A DNA stretch of 64,000 bases from a virus. Shown here in pieces: positions 18,180 through 26,938 of this stretch; positions within the stretch are counted from its first letter, which is position 1; each line of letters opens with the position of its first letter. Below the pieces are notes generated by a model. It was given only the letters and a program-made list of their open reading frames with translations. It made no database searches and was not told the DNA's origin. The position numbers and the translations under genes were made by a program. The stretch lies in IMG/VR virus record IMGVR_UViG_3300022917_000010, positions 687 through 64,686 of that record; one strand, 5' to 3'.

Positions 18180-18965
18180 TTAGGCGTTCCCAGCAGGCTT
18201 GGTTTTGCTGAAATAGCTGTCAGCCTCCTCCTTCGCCGCGGCCTTCTGCGCCGCCAGCGTCGCCCGGGTCACCGGCTGCGCCACAGGCTTCCGCGGCGGG
18301 GCAACAGGGGCAGCAGCTCGCGCGGCAGCCTTGGCGTCCTTCTCAGCCTTCGGGATCAGCGTCCGCTCAGAGCCAGCCGGAGGGTCGGCATTCGGCCCCT
18401 TGGCGGCCTTGGGCGGCCGGCCACGCTTGCCGGCAGGTTTGGCAGCCTTGGCAGGTTTGCCCTTCTTGTTGGCCTTGGCGGCCTTGGCGTCGAGCTTGCC
18501 GATGCCGGCCTTGACCTGGCGCTCCTGCTCGTCGTGATAGCCCTGCATGAACGCCTTGTGCTGCTCCGTCGACGGGTCATAGGGCGGAACCGCCGCCTCG
18601 TTCTTCATGGCCATGGTCTGGCCTTCCTTATAGGCGCGATCGACGGCAGGCGTCCGGTCGCCCTCGAGGAACAGCGATAGCTGCTCGCCGATCGCCGCGT
18701 CCGAATAGGCGGCCGCCAGCATCCGGTTCGCCATCTCCGCCTTGAACTCGGCCTCGCCCTCCGGCGTCTGTAGCAGCAGCGAAATCTTGATCTGCTGCAG
18801 CGAGTATCCGGCTTCCTTCACCTCCGCCAGATACTGGCGCCGCTTGGCCGCCGCACCCTTGGCCCGCTGATCCAGCGTCTGGAAATGGTCGCGCATCTCG
18901 ATAAAGGTGCGCTTGAGTTTCGGATCCACGATATTGTCGTTCTTCGATACACTGAGACGAGCCAC
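18180..18965 (-). CDS. GapR/DUF2312-like nucleoid protein fused to an RMF-like motif and an AT-hook/H1-like tail
   Basis: RRQYLAEVKEAGYSLQQIK; AYKEGQTMAM...PPYDPSTEQHKAFMQGYHD; KRGRPPK within a Lys/Ala/Pro-rich tail. Confidence 0.55.
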   Translation of the reverse strand: MARLSVSKNDNIVDPKLKRTFIEMRDHFQTLDQRAKGAAAKRRQYLAEVKEAGYSLQQIKISLLLQTPEGEAEFKAEMANRMLAAAYSDAAIGEQLSLFLEGDRTPAVDRAYKEGQTMAMKNEAAVPPYDPSTEQHKAFMQGYHDEQERQVKAGIGKLDAKAAKANKKGKPAKAAKPAGKRGRPPKAAKGPNADPPAGSERTLIPKAEKDAKAAARAAAPVAPPRKPVAQPVTRATLAAQKAAAKEEADSYFSKTKPAGNA

Positions 18966-19002
18966 GGAGTTTCCTTTCGGTTGGGGGAGGACGTCTATAA
19001 AC

Positions 19003-19245
19003 CTAATCCAGTACCCGCGCCAATTCCGGCCGCATCTGGCGCCCGTTGAGGCCGGTTAACTCTTTCAGAGCCGGGATATATTTGACCGGGATTCCATTGC
19101 GTTCCCAGCTATCGGCCACCGCGCGGCTCACGCCCAGCGCCTCCGCCATCCGGCTTTTCGCACCGTGCCGTTTGCCGTCGGTCATGAAGTGCGCGAGCAC
19201 CAGGTTGTAGCCGTCGCGATCGGTTGATGGGATTGGCTTTTTCAT
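19003..19245 (-). CDS. Cro/YdaS-like HTH regulator
   Basis: KSRMAEALGVSRAVADSWERNGIPVKYIPALKELTGLNGRQMRPEL. Confidence 0.75.
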   Translation of the reverse strand: MKKPIPSTDRDGYNLVLAHFMTDGKRHGAKSRMAEALGVSRAVADSWERNGIPVKYIPALKELTGLNGRQMRPELARVLD

Positions 19246-19252
19246 GCCGCTG

Positions 19253-19301
19253 ATAATAACCGTAAAATAAAAATTGACAAGATAGGGAAGTGCGGTACTA
19301 T
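19253..19301. promoter_or_regulatory. Overlapping divergent sigma70 promoters
   Basis: Plus strand TTGACA(19274)-16-TACTAT; minus strand TTGTCA-16-TATTAT; both use the same TTGACAA segment. Confidence 0.75.
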
Positions 19302-19343
19302 GTAGGCATCAACCCGAGGCGCAGCCTCAACCCGACCGGGAGA

Positions 19344-19601
19344 ATGACCATGCAAGCGACCTTCATTAAAACCTTCCCCTACGGCGGTTCGGTCCGCACC
19401 CTTTATCGCATCTCCCGCCCGCTGGCCGATCGCACTCCGGTTCGGGAATATATCCTCCGCATCTATCGCGGGTTTGCCAATGAAACGAGCTGGCTGGCCG
19501 CCTATTCCACCGGGGAGATCATGTGTTTCCACCCGATCTGCGCCGCCGATATGGCCGAGATCGAAGCCGCCGTTTCCTCCGCCCACCTCACCGAACAGTG
19601 A
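19344..19601 (+). CDS. Hypothetical early protein
   Basis: First ORF after the rightward promoter, GGGAGA RBS. Confidence 0.55.
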   Translation: MTMQATFIKTFPYGGSVRTLYRISRPLADRTPVREYILRIYRGFANETSWLAAYSTGEIMCFHPICAADMAEIEAAVSSAHLTEQ

Positions 19602-19612
19602 GGTGGTGAAAT

Positions 19613-20740
19613 GACATCCTCCGAACAAATCCAATACTGGATGATCGCCAGCGCGGCGACCGCGATATGCCTCCTCTGGATGGCGGGAGTTTTGCTGTGA
19701 GCCCAATCATAAAAGCCATCCGCCGATTCTTTGGCTTGTGCGTTCACGAGTGGTCAAAGTGGCAGGACATTGGGGAGAAGATCCGGTCCCGAGACGAGGC
19801 ACCTATTGGGCTGATCCAATCCAGAACATGCGCGCTCTGCAATAAAAAGCAGTTCAGGAACGAAAGCTATTTCGGATGAAATACGAACCCACGGCCGCCG
19901 ACGCCGCGCGCCACGTCGCCACCACTCTCGCCCGATGGGGCTGCGGCCTCATTGTCTGCGCCTGCATCGCCCTCGCATGGATAGGGACGCCATGAGCGAC
20001 CGCCAAGCCGCAGAACTGATTATGGCGATTCAGGCCATAGATCGAACTCTGGTTTGCATGATGCTTTTGTTCGCCATTTACTCAGTCACGCGGTTATTCA
20101 AATGAGCAAAGAACCCGGCCCCCGCGAGAAGGCCCTGCGCGAGATGCGCGAGGCCCGCTTCACCGAAAACGCTAAAATTACGGTCGGCATCCGCAAGGCG
20201 GCCGCTGCAGGCAAGGAAGTGCTGGAGCGCGAGGTCGAGGCGACAGCGGCGCGCATGAAGAACAAGCCGGCGAAGAAAAGGAAAAAGTGATGTTCCCAAT
20301 CATGCTTCCGATGCCGATGTTTTTCCCGATGCGGTCCGTTCCGCAGGAGATCACCATTGACGGCGTTCGCTACCGCCTTGTCCGAATAGAAGATGATCCA
20401 CCGCCGCCCGCGTCTATGCCGATTCACATATCGACTGACCCGCGCGCAAAAGAAATTCGCAAGTGGTTACAGGAAAGGCCGGGACTGTGAACCTTAACCG
20501 CCCGTCCCTCCACACCCGCCTGCTGCGCGTGGCGATATTCTTTCTCGTCAACGCCGTGCTGCTGACCTGGCTTTTCAACATAGGCCACCGATGAACGATT
20601 TTGACCGCTCATACATGCTGTTTTTGACCGGCAACATTATCAACTGCTGCTGGAATAACCCGATAGGTGCCGTGGCCGGACTAGCCGCTGTAGCCATTGG
20701 GATTGTCGGGATGATCATCTGGCGGAAGCAGGAGAAATGA
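19613..20740 (+). CDS. Cluster of small early ORFs, several of them single-TM peptides (e.g. 19697-19879, 20102-20290, 20287-20490, 20591-20740)
   Basis: Coupled ATGA/GTGA overlaps; hydrophobic 29-50 aa peptides. Confidence 0.45.
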
Positions 20741-21141
20741 CCCAGCGGGATCCGAGGCTGCTTGACCCAGGCTTTCTGGCGTTCCTGCGCCAGCAGCGGT
20801 GCTGCGTTTGCAGGAAACATCCGCCTGTGCAGGCCGCCCATATTCGGATCGGCCTATTCGCTGGGGCAATGAAGCCGCACGACAAGCACGCGACGCCACT
20901 CTGCCAATGGTGCCACCTCGACAGCCCGATGGCGCAGCACAAAATGAACGAGGCGGAATTCTGGAAACGGCACGGCCTCGACCCGTTCGCGATCGCCGCG
21001 CGCTTCTACGCTGAATACGGCGGCAAGGGCGGGGCACCGAAAAAGAGGCGGACCACAATCAAGCCGCGCTTACCAAAAGAGAAGCGTGCGAAAATTCAAT
21101 CCAGAGGCTTCGGGCCGCAACATAGAAAGTTTGGGCAATGA
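20737..21141 (+). CDS. DUF968-like putative HNH-fold nuclease
   Basis: FLAFLRQQRCCVC...AAHIR...KPHDKHATPLCQWCH...QHKMNEAEFW. Confidence 0.75.
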   Translation: MTQRDPRLLDPGFLAFLRQQRCCVCRKHPPVQAAHIRIGLFAGAMKPHDKHATPLCQWCHLDSPMAQHKMNEAEFWKRHGLDPFAIAARFYAEYGGKGGAPKKRRTTIKPRLPKEKRAKIQSRGFGPQHRKFGQ

Positions 21142-22109
21142 CCGATCAGTACGAATGGTGGCAGAACGCGCTCAAGGGAACGCGCGGGCCGGTCCACGAT
21201 GGCGAGCCACAATCTGGATTCTACCGCCAGCGCAACGCATCCAAACAATACGAAGCGGTCGCGTACTGGAAAGACGAGGCCACCGGCGCGCAGCGGTGCC
21301 ATATCAACGGCCGCGAGGCCAACGAGCAATGGGCGCTGGAGAAATGGCCGTATATTTCAAAAAATCCCATTACCACGGAAGCCTACTGGCATTTCATCGA
21401 CCACCGCAAATGGCTGGACGAGGACGCCAGCGCCGCCGCTACCGCCAAAGGCCCAGAGATCGACCCCGAGACCGACCCGGCCGGCTCACTCGCCGCCGAA
21501 ATCGCCGCCGCCAAGGCTGGCCTGGCCGCCTATGCGTCGATCGACAGCGACGAGCAGTCCGCCAAGGCGCAGACGCTCCGCAGCGCGCTCACCGGCTTGA
21601 GTGGAAAGGCGACGAAGGCATATGAGGCATTGAACCGCCCGCTCCTTGATGAGCAGCAGCGGATTCGCAAGGTCTGGTTCCCGCTCCGCGACGAAGCCGC
21701 CGACGCAGCCGACAAGCTGCGCAAGGCAATGGGCGCATGGGAGGACATCAAGCGCGAGAACGCCAAGCGAGCAGCCGAGGAAACCGCCAAGAAGCAGGCG
21801 GAGGCCGCGCGCGAGGCGGAATGGAAGGGCGCAGAGCCTGGCTCAATCGCGCCGGTAGAGCCGCCAACGGTCGCGCCGGTGGTGCCGAACACCCCGCCGC
21901 CGTCGACCAAGATCAAAGGCGCATCCGGCCGCGCCGCATCAGTCCAACTCAAAAAGGTTGTGACCGCCATCGACATCGACAAGGCGTTCGCACAATTCCG
22001 CGACGACCCCGAACTTTATGCGTTCCTGCTTGACCTATCCCAGAAGGTGGTCACCGCGGGTTTTGTGGCGATCGGCGCCACCGTCGAGGAAAAAGCCGAC
22101 ATTCGATAG
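21138..22109 (+). CDS. Coiled-coil recombination-region protein
   Basis: 323 aa, helical centre, directly upstream of the Bet/RecT gene. Confidence 0.6.
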   Translation: MTDQYEWWQNALKGTRGPVHDGEPQSGFYRQRNASKQYEAVAYWKDEATGAQRCHINGREANEQWALEKWPYISKNPITTEAYWHFIDHRKWLDEDASAAATAKGPEIDPETDPAGSLAAEIAAAKAGLAAYASIDSDEQSAKAQTLRSALTGLSGKATKAYEALNRPLLDEQQRIRKVWFPLRDEAADAADKLRKAMGAWEDIKRENAKRAAEETAKKQAEAAREAEWKGAEPGSIAPVEPPTVAPVVPNTPPPSTKIKGASGRAASVQLKKVVTAIDIDKAFAQFRDDPELYAFLLDLSQKVVTAGFVAIGATVEEKADIR

Positions 22110-22118
22110 GGGAAGAAT

Positions 22119-23507
22119 ATGCCGAGACCAAAGGGTTCAAAAAACAAACCGAAGGACCAGACCATGGCGACGAGATCGACCGAAGTAACCGTTATCGACC
22201 AGCCCCGCGAGGTGAAGTCCGTCATAGCGGACATGGCCGATCGCTTCCACATGGAGCCGCCGGCGTTCGAGGCTGCGCTGCGCGCCACCGTGGTCCCGAA
22301 GGACTGCGCGCCAGCTCAGTTCGCCGCGTTCCTCATGGTCGCGAAGGAATACAACCTCAACCCGCTGACGAAGGAAATCTATGCGTTCCCCTCGCGCGGC
22401 GGCGGCATCGTGCCGATCGTGTCCGTTGACGGCTGGGTAAACCTCGTCAACGCGCAGGGCCAGTGCGACGGGTTCAGCTTCGAAATGGAGCACGATGGCG
22501 ACAAGCTGATTTCCTGCACCTGCAGCATGTACCGGAAGGACCGCACGCATCCCGTCGTGGTCACCGAGTATTACGCGGAGTGCGTCCGCTCGACCGACCC
22601 GTGGAAGATGAAACACCGCATGCTGCGCCACAAGGCGCTCATCCAGGCCGCGCGCTATGCGTTCGGGTTCTCCGGCATTTACGACGAGGACGAGGGCCAG
22701 AAGATTGCCGAGATCGACCCGAACCGCGACGCCGGGCCGCCGCGCCAGATCGCCAAGCCTGCCGAGCCCGCCTCCGAGCAGGCCGAGCCGCCGGCGATCG
22801 AGGCCGAGGACGTCCGCGATGGCGACCCGCCGCCGCGCGAGGCGAAACCCGAGAAGGAGGATCCGATCAGCAGCGGACCGCCGCGCAAGCCTGCCACCAG
22901 AGGCGACAACCCGGTGACCGAGATCAAGATGGCGAAGCCCGCCGCCGAGTCCGGCCCGAAGCCGCACCGCATCCCCGGCGCCGGCCACACATTCGAGAGC
23001 TGGGCCGAGAAGTTTTCCGACCTCGTTAAGACGTCGGAGGATACCGCCACGGTTTTTAAATGGATTGATGAGAACTCAAGAAACTTTACGACCCCCGACG
23101 CCCCGACACCCCAAAAGGGGCCACTCGAAAGATTGAAAGAAAAAAAGCCGTCAGTTTACTCCGACGTGCGGAAAACCATCGAGGCCACGATGGAAAGTCT
23201 GCGCGACGCGCAACAGAAGTCCGCAGAGAAGGCGTCCAAAAAGGCCGCGGCCAAAGGCGACATGGACGACGAGCCGGCAAAGCCCGGCCAATCAGTCTCA
23301 TCGTCCAGCCAGATCACGCCGCAGAATCCAGATGATATTCTCGCTATCATCGAACAAGAACTCGCTGCCGTGGATGACCCCGACAATCTCCAAGAAGTTT
23401 GGGAGCGCGTCTGTGACCCATTGGTAGAAAAACTCGACTTCCCGCCAGACAAAGACCTCGCCCAAGGGATATTTTCGAAACACGAAAAACGCCTCGGAGG
23501 GGACTGA
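22119..23507 (+). CDS. bet: Bet/RecT-family single-strand annealing protein
   Basis: FAAFLMVAKEYNLNPLTKEIYAFP, IVSVDGW, WKMKHRMLRHKALIQAARYAFGFSGIYDEDE. Confidence 0.9.
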   Translation: MPRPKGSKNKPKDQTMATRSTEVTVIDQPREVKSVIADMADRFHMEPPAFEAALRATVVPKDCAPAQFAAFLMVAKEYNLNPLTKEIYAFPSRGGGIVPIVSVDGWVNLVNAQGQCDGFSFEMEHDGDKLISCTCSMYRKDRTHPVVVTEYYAECVRSTDPWKMKHRMLRHKALIQAARYAFGFSGIYDEDEGQKIAEIDPNRDAGPPRQIAKPAEPASEQAEPPAIEAEDVRDGDPPPREAKPEKEDPISSGPPRKPATRGDNPVTEIKMAKPAAESGPKPHRIPGAGHTFESWAEKFSDLVKTSEDTATVFKWIDENSRNFTTPDAPTPQKGPLERLKEKKPSVYSDVRKTIEATMESLRDAQQKSAEKASKKAAAKGDMDDEPAKPGQSVSSSSQITPQNPDDILAIIEQELAAVDDPDNLQEVWERVCDPLVEKLDFPPDKDLAQGIFSKHEKRLGGD

Positions 23508-23508
23508 C

Positions 23509-23964
23509 ATGCCGCGAGTTAAACACGGCCATGCGCGGACGTGGACGCAAGGAAAGGTTTCACCAGAATACGCTGCATGGAACGCCATGCGCCAAAGATG
23601 CCGAGACCCGAACTCGGCAGGCTACCACCATTATGGGGGCCGCGGCATATCAGTCTGCGAGCGTTGGGATGCTAGCTTTGCAAACTTCTTCGCTGACATG
23701 GGTGAGCGGCCGTCCGCCAAACATTCGCTGGACCGCTATCCGAACAACAACGGCAATTATGAACCAGGGAATTGCCGCTGGGCCACTCAAAAACAACAAC
23801 ACCGGAATGAGCGCCGTAATACCGTCGTCAGATTCCGCGGCAAACGAGTGGCGCTATCAGAGGCCGCCGAAATGGCCGGCCTGTCATATCAGGCGGTGTG
23901 GAAAAGAATAAACAGGCTCGGGTGGAGCGCGGCTAAAGCATTATCGGAGCCGATCCGTGGCTGA
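23509..23964 (+). CDS. HNH-like homing endonuclease
   Basis: EYAAWNAMRQRC...YGGRGISVCERW...SLDRYPNNNGNYEPGNCRWAT. Confidence 0.85.
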   Translation: MPRVKHGHARTWTQGKVSPEYAAWNAMRQRCRDPNSAGYHHYGGRGISVCERWDASFANFFADMGERPSAKHSLDRYPNNNGNYEPGNCRWATQKQQHRNERRNTVVRFRGKRVALSEAAEMAGLSYQAVWKRINRLGWSAAKALSEPIRG

Positions 23965-24439
23965 CCTCAACGGGCGCATGTTCGAACGCAAAGGAAACCA
24001 CCTTGTGCCGTCAGACCTGGCGGCGCAGGAGATGGTCGACGCCCTACCGGAAGGCAAGGCGGTGCTGATGGACATGCGCCGGGCCAGGTCACCCAAGAAC
24101 CACGCGCACCTGTTTGCCATCCTGCGCGTGGCGGCCGAGCAGCTTGAGGGCTACCCGGACGAGGAAACGCTGCTCGATGCCGTCAAGATCGCCACGCACC
24201 TAACCCGGCCAGTGACGCTCGCCAGCGGCGAAATCGTCTGGATTCCCAAATCAATCAATTGGGCCGCAATGCCCGAGGACGAGTTCCGCCGATGGAAGGC
24301 GCGCGCGCTGTACGTTCTGGGCCAACTGCTCGGCGTCGACCCGCAGCAACTGCTCGAGGAAGTCGGAACCCGAAACGGACGGAACTATTCGAAAGACGAC
24401 CGCCCCGAGCCACCCGCATCAACCTACGAGGAGCGATAA
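23957..24439 (+). CDS. DUF1367-like phage protein
   Basis: RSPKNHAHLFAIL...WIPKSINWAAMPEDEF. Confidence 0.7.
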   Translation: MADLNGRMFERKGNHLVPSDLAAQEMVDALPEGKAVLMDMRRARSPKNHAHLFAILRVAAEQLEGYPDEETLLDAVKIATHLTRPVTLASGEIVWIPKSINWAAMPEDEFRRWKARALYVLGQLLGVDPQQLLEEVGTRNGRNYSKDDRPEPPASTYEER

Positions 24440-24624
24440 TGCAAGTGACCATGATCCTGCAAACCACAAAAGACCCCGCTACCGTCTATATCACCGGTTC
24501 CATGAACTTCCGAAGCGCGGAAGGACTGGACGAATACATCCGAACCGTCCGAACCGCCCGGAATTGGATGGCAGCCCAGCAGAAGGCCGTAGCCAGCGCG
24601 CAGCAGCAGCCGAAGGCCGTCTGA
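24439..24624 (+). CDS. Hypothetical protein
   Basis: 61 aa, TAATG coupling. Confidence 0.5.
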   Translation: MQVTMILQTTKDPATVYITGSMNFRSAEGLDEYIRTVRTARNWMAAQQKAVASAQQQPKAV

Positions 24625-24666
24625 CACCGGCCAAACAGAACCCCACTCAGCGACCGCCTAAACCCC

Positions 24667-25338
24667 ATGGAGAGCATCATGAGCGACGACTTTGCCAACG
24701 AAGCCCCGGCCACCGCACCACACCCGGGATATGCCGTATTCGACACGGAAGGAACCGGCCTATTTCGGTATGACGAGCCAGCCGACGCGCCAGGCCAACC
24801 CCGCATGGCCTCGCTGGCGATCATCTATGTCGACGAGAACCTGGAAATCGAACGCGAGTGCCAGCTTTTCGTCCGCCCCGACGTCAGCGACTACACCATG
24901 ACCGAGGGCGCCCAGAAGGCGCACGGCCTCACCGTCGAATTCCTCAACGAGCACGGCGTGCCGGTGACCGAAGCGCTCAACGAATACCTGAGCGCCGTCG
25001 ACAACGGCCGCATCATGGTCGCGCACAACGCATCCCACGACATGAAGCAACTACGCGCCGAGCTCCGCCGCGCCGGCATGCAGGACCGTTTCGAGGATTC
25101 CCCGAATATCTGCACCATGCGGGCCATGACCGATATCTGCAAGATCCCACCCAAGGGCAACCGCGGCGGATACAAATGGCCGGCGCTGTCCGAGGCGCTG
25201 CTGTTCATCGGCTCCGAGAATCTTGGCGACCACTCTGCCATCAACGACGCGAAGGGCGCGCTGGAACTCCTGCGCTACCTCAAGCGGACCGGCAACATGC
25301 CGGAGGCAAAGGTCCATTACAAAAAGGACCGCGAGTGA
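24667..25338 (+). CDS. DEDDh 3'-5' exonuclease (DnaQ-like)
   Basis: FDTEGTG, VAHNASHD, CTM, WPALSE, HSAINDA. Confidence 0.9.
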   Translation: MESIMSDDFANEAPATAPHPGYAVFDTEGTGLFRYDEPADAPGQPRMASLAIIYVDENLEIERECQLFVRPDVSDYTMTEGAQKAHGLTVEFLNEHGVPVTEALNEYLSAVDNGRIMVAHNASHDMKQLRAELRRAGMQDRFEDSPNICTMRAMTDICKIPPKGNRGGYKWPALSEALLFIGSENLGDHSAINDAKGALELLRYLKRTGNMPEAKVHYKKDRE

Positions 25339-25955
25339 TGATGAAAGCACCACGAGCACCGAGAGGCGAGAAACCTGCCGTGACGATCCGCTGGCAGCGC
25401 CGCCATATGCTCAATATGGCGCAGACCATTGAATCCTTACGCGGAGAACTTTTGCGGCGCGACAAGCAATTTGTCGACATGGAGGGCGTGATCGCCGGCT
25501 ACGACGCCCAGCTAAACGAAGCCAAAGATGAAATATGTCGATGGCAGCTAACCGCCGAAGGCCAAGCCCAGGAAGTCCGTAAGGTCCAATACGAGTTCCG
25601 CGCCCAATCCAGTCGCCTTGCCTACCTCGAGGGATATTATGCCGCGCATCAAGAAACGAGGCCCGTATCAGCCGCGGGCGCACCTTTCCCCCGCAATCCG
25701 GCCCAAGCTCAAACCGGAGGACGTCAGGGAAATACGGAAAATCTATCGGATCGCCGACAAAGAGGCCAAGGCCCGCGGTCTGACGAAGGTCCGGCAGGGT
25801 TTGGCGCAAGACTTGGCGACCCGCTATGGCGTCAGCCGGGAGGCCATATTCCACATCCGCAAGGGAACTCGGTGGAGCACATTGAGGTGACCGAGAATGG
25901 CGTATCACGAGACCGATCGCAGCGAAGCGATATCTGCCATCACGATTCGCTTTAA
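25338..25955 (+). CDS. Coiled-coil hypothetical protein
   Basis: Start MMKAPRAP coupled to the exonuclease; the C-terminal half overlaps another ORF. Confidence 0.45.
   Translation: MMKAPRAPRGEKPAVTIRWQRRHMLNMAQTIESLRGELLRRDKQFVDMEGVIAGYDAQLNEAKDEICRWQLTAEGQAQEVRKVQYEFRAQSSRLAYLEGYYAAHQETRPVSAAGAPFPRNPAQAQTGGRQGNTENLSDRRQRGQGPRSDEGPAGFGARLGDPLWRQPGGHIPHPQGNSVEHIEVTENGVSRDRSQRSDICHHDSL
25618..25890 (+). CDS. Small HTH DNA-binding protein resembling the C-terminus of HNH endonucleases
   Basis: KLKPEDVREIR...DLATRYGVSREAIFHIRKGTRW. Confidence 0.6.
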   Translation: MPTSRDIMPRIKKRGPYQPRAHLSPAIRPKLKPEDVREIRKIYRIADKEAKARGLTKVRQGLAQDLATRYGVSREAIFHIRKGTRWSTLR

Positions 25956-26070
25956 GGCCGGCGAATTCTCCGAACACGTCCTGCGCGCAAGCCTCTACTG
26001 CCTCCGCCTGCGCGGGGATGAACTCGAGCAAACCGCACGCGATATCATCGCAGAAAAGGCAAAGCCATGA
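25897..26070 (+). CDS. Hypothetical protein
   Basis: 57 aa MAYHETDRSEAI..., coupled to the next gene. Confidence 0.5.
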   Translation: MAYHETDRSEAISAITIRFKAGEFSEHVLRASLYCLRLRGDELEQTARDIIAEKAKP

Positions 26071-26537
26071 ACGATCGAACCACCACCGAAGAACAGTTCC
26101 TCGCCGAGCACAACACCGCGCTCAAGGAGGATTTGAAGCAAGCCCGCCAGGAAATCGCCCTGCTTTCCGAGCAGATCCGCGATGGCAAGTCCGAGCAGGA
26201 AAAACTCGCCTACAAAAACGACTTCCTACTCGCCGAGACTGTCCGTCTGACCGCATCCCGCGAGCAGTATGAGCGCGTGGCGATCCGGTCGACCGCCATT
26301 CTGGACGGCGCCCTCACGTCGCTCATCGCCACCTGCCAGTCGCTGCAGTCCGAAATCCGGGATGCCGCGTTTACCAAGGTGCCAGGCTCCGCCAAGATCG
26401 ACCCGCCGGCGGAACCGGCCAACGCCAACACGGTCGACGTCGAGAAGATCGCCGAGACGTTCGCGTCAGGCTTTGACGAGGCCCAAACTCCGCTGCCGCC
26501 CAAGCCGCGGTTCGGCAACGGCGCCCAGCAGCACTAA
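26067..26537 (+). CDS. Coiled-coil hypothetical protein
   Basis: 156 aa with heptad pattern. Confidence 0.6.
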   Translation: MNDRTTTEEQFLAEHNTALKEDLKQARQEIALLSEQIRDGKSEQEKLAYKNDFLLAETVRLTASREQYERVAIRSTAILDGALTSLIATCQSLQSEIRDAAFTKVPGSAKIDPPAEPANANTVDVEKIAETFASGFDEAQTPLPPKPRFGNGAQQH

Positions 26538-26545
26538 AACGCCAA

Positions 26546-26573
26546 CGGCCCCGAGGGGAACATCTCGGGGCCG
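26546..26573. terminator. Stem-loop, possible terminator
   Basis: CGGCCCCGAG-8 nt-CTCGGGGCCG right after a stop codon. Confidence 0.5.
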
Positions 26574-26938
26574 AGGGGAGGGTCAGTGAGGCCGCGCGTC
26601 CATGGGCTAGGTGCGCGCAAGCAACATAATCCGCACATCAAGATTCGGTCAACGGAAACCAAAGAGCAAATTAATATTTGACAAAGAGCGCACAATGGAT
26701 GAACCTTTCCCAGTCCGGATTGTCCGATATATGTTGATCCTAGCGGCGATCTGCGCAAGCCCGGCATATGTGATCTGGATAGCCGGCGGCGCCTTCTGCG
26801 ACCGGCGCGGGCAACGGAGACAACGATGACCATTAGAAACGCAAAGCTCCTGGCCCTTGGCCTGATCCTGGTTATCGCCGCGTCCTGGTATTTCATCGTT
26901 TATCCGATCGTCTGCTTTCTCGAGCCATGGTGCGGACA

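Noticed and set aside
24858-25337. N-terminal part of the 365-aa ORF 24858-25955
   Set aside because: Off-frame overlap with the DnaQ-like exonuclease; Arg/Pro-rich shadow.
26677-26706. TTGACA upstream of 26696
   Set aside because: No acceptable -10 hexamer at 16-18 nt spacing.
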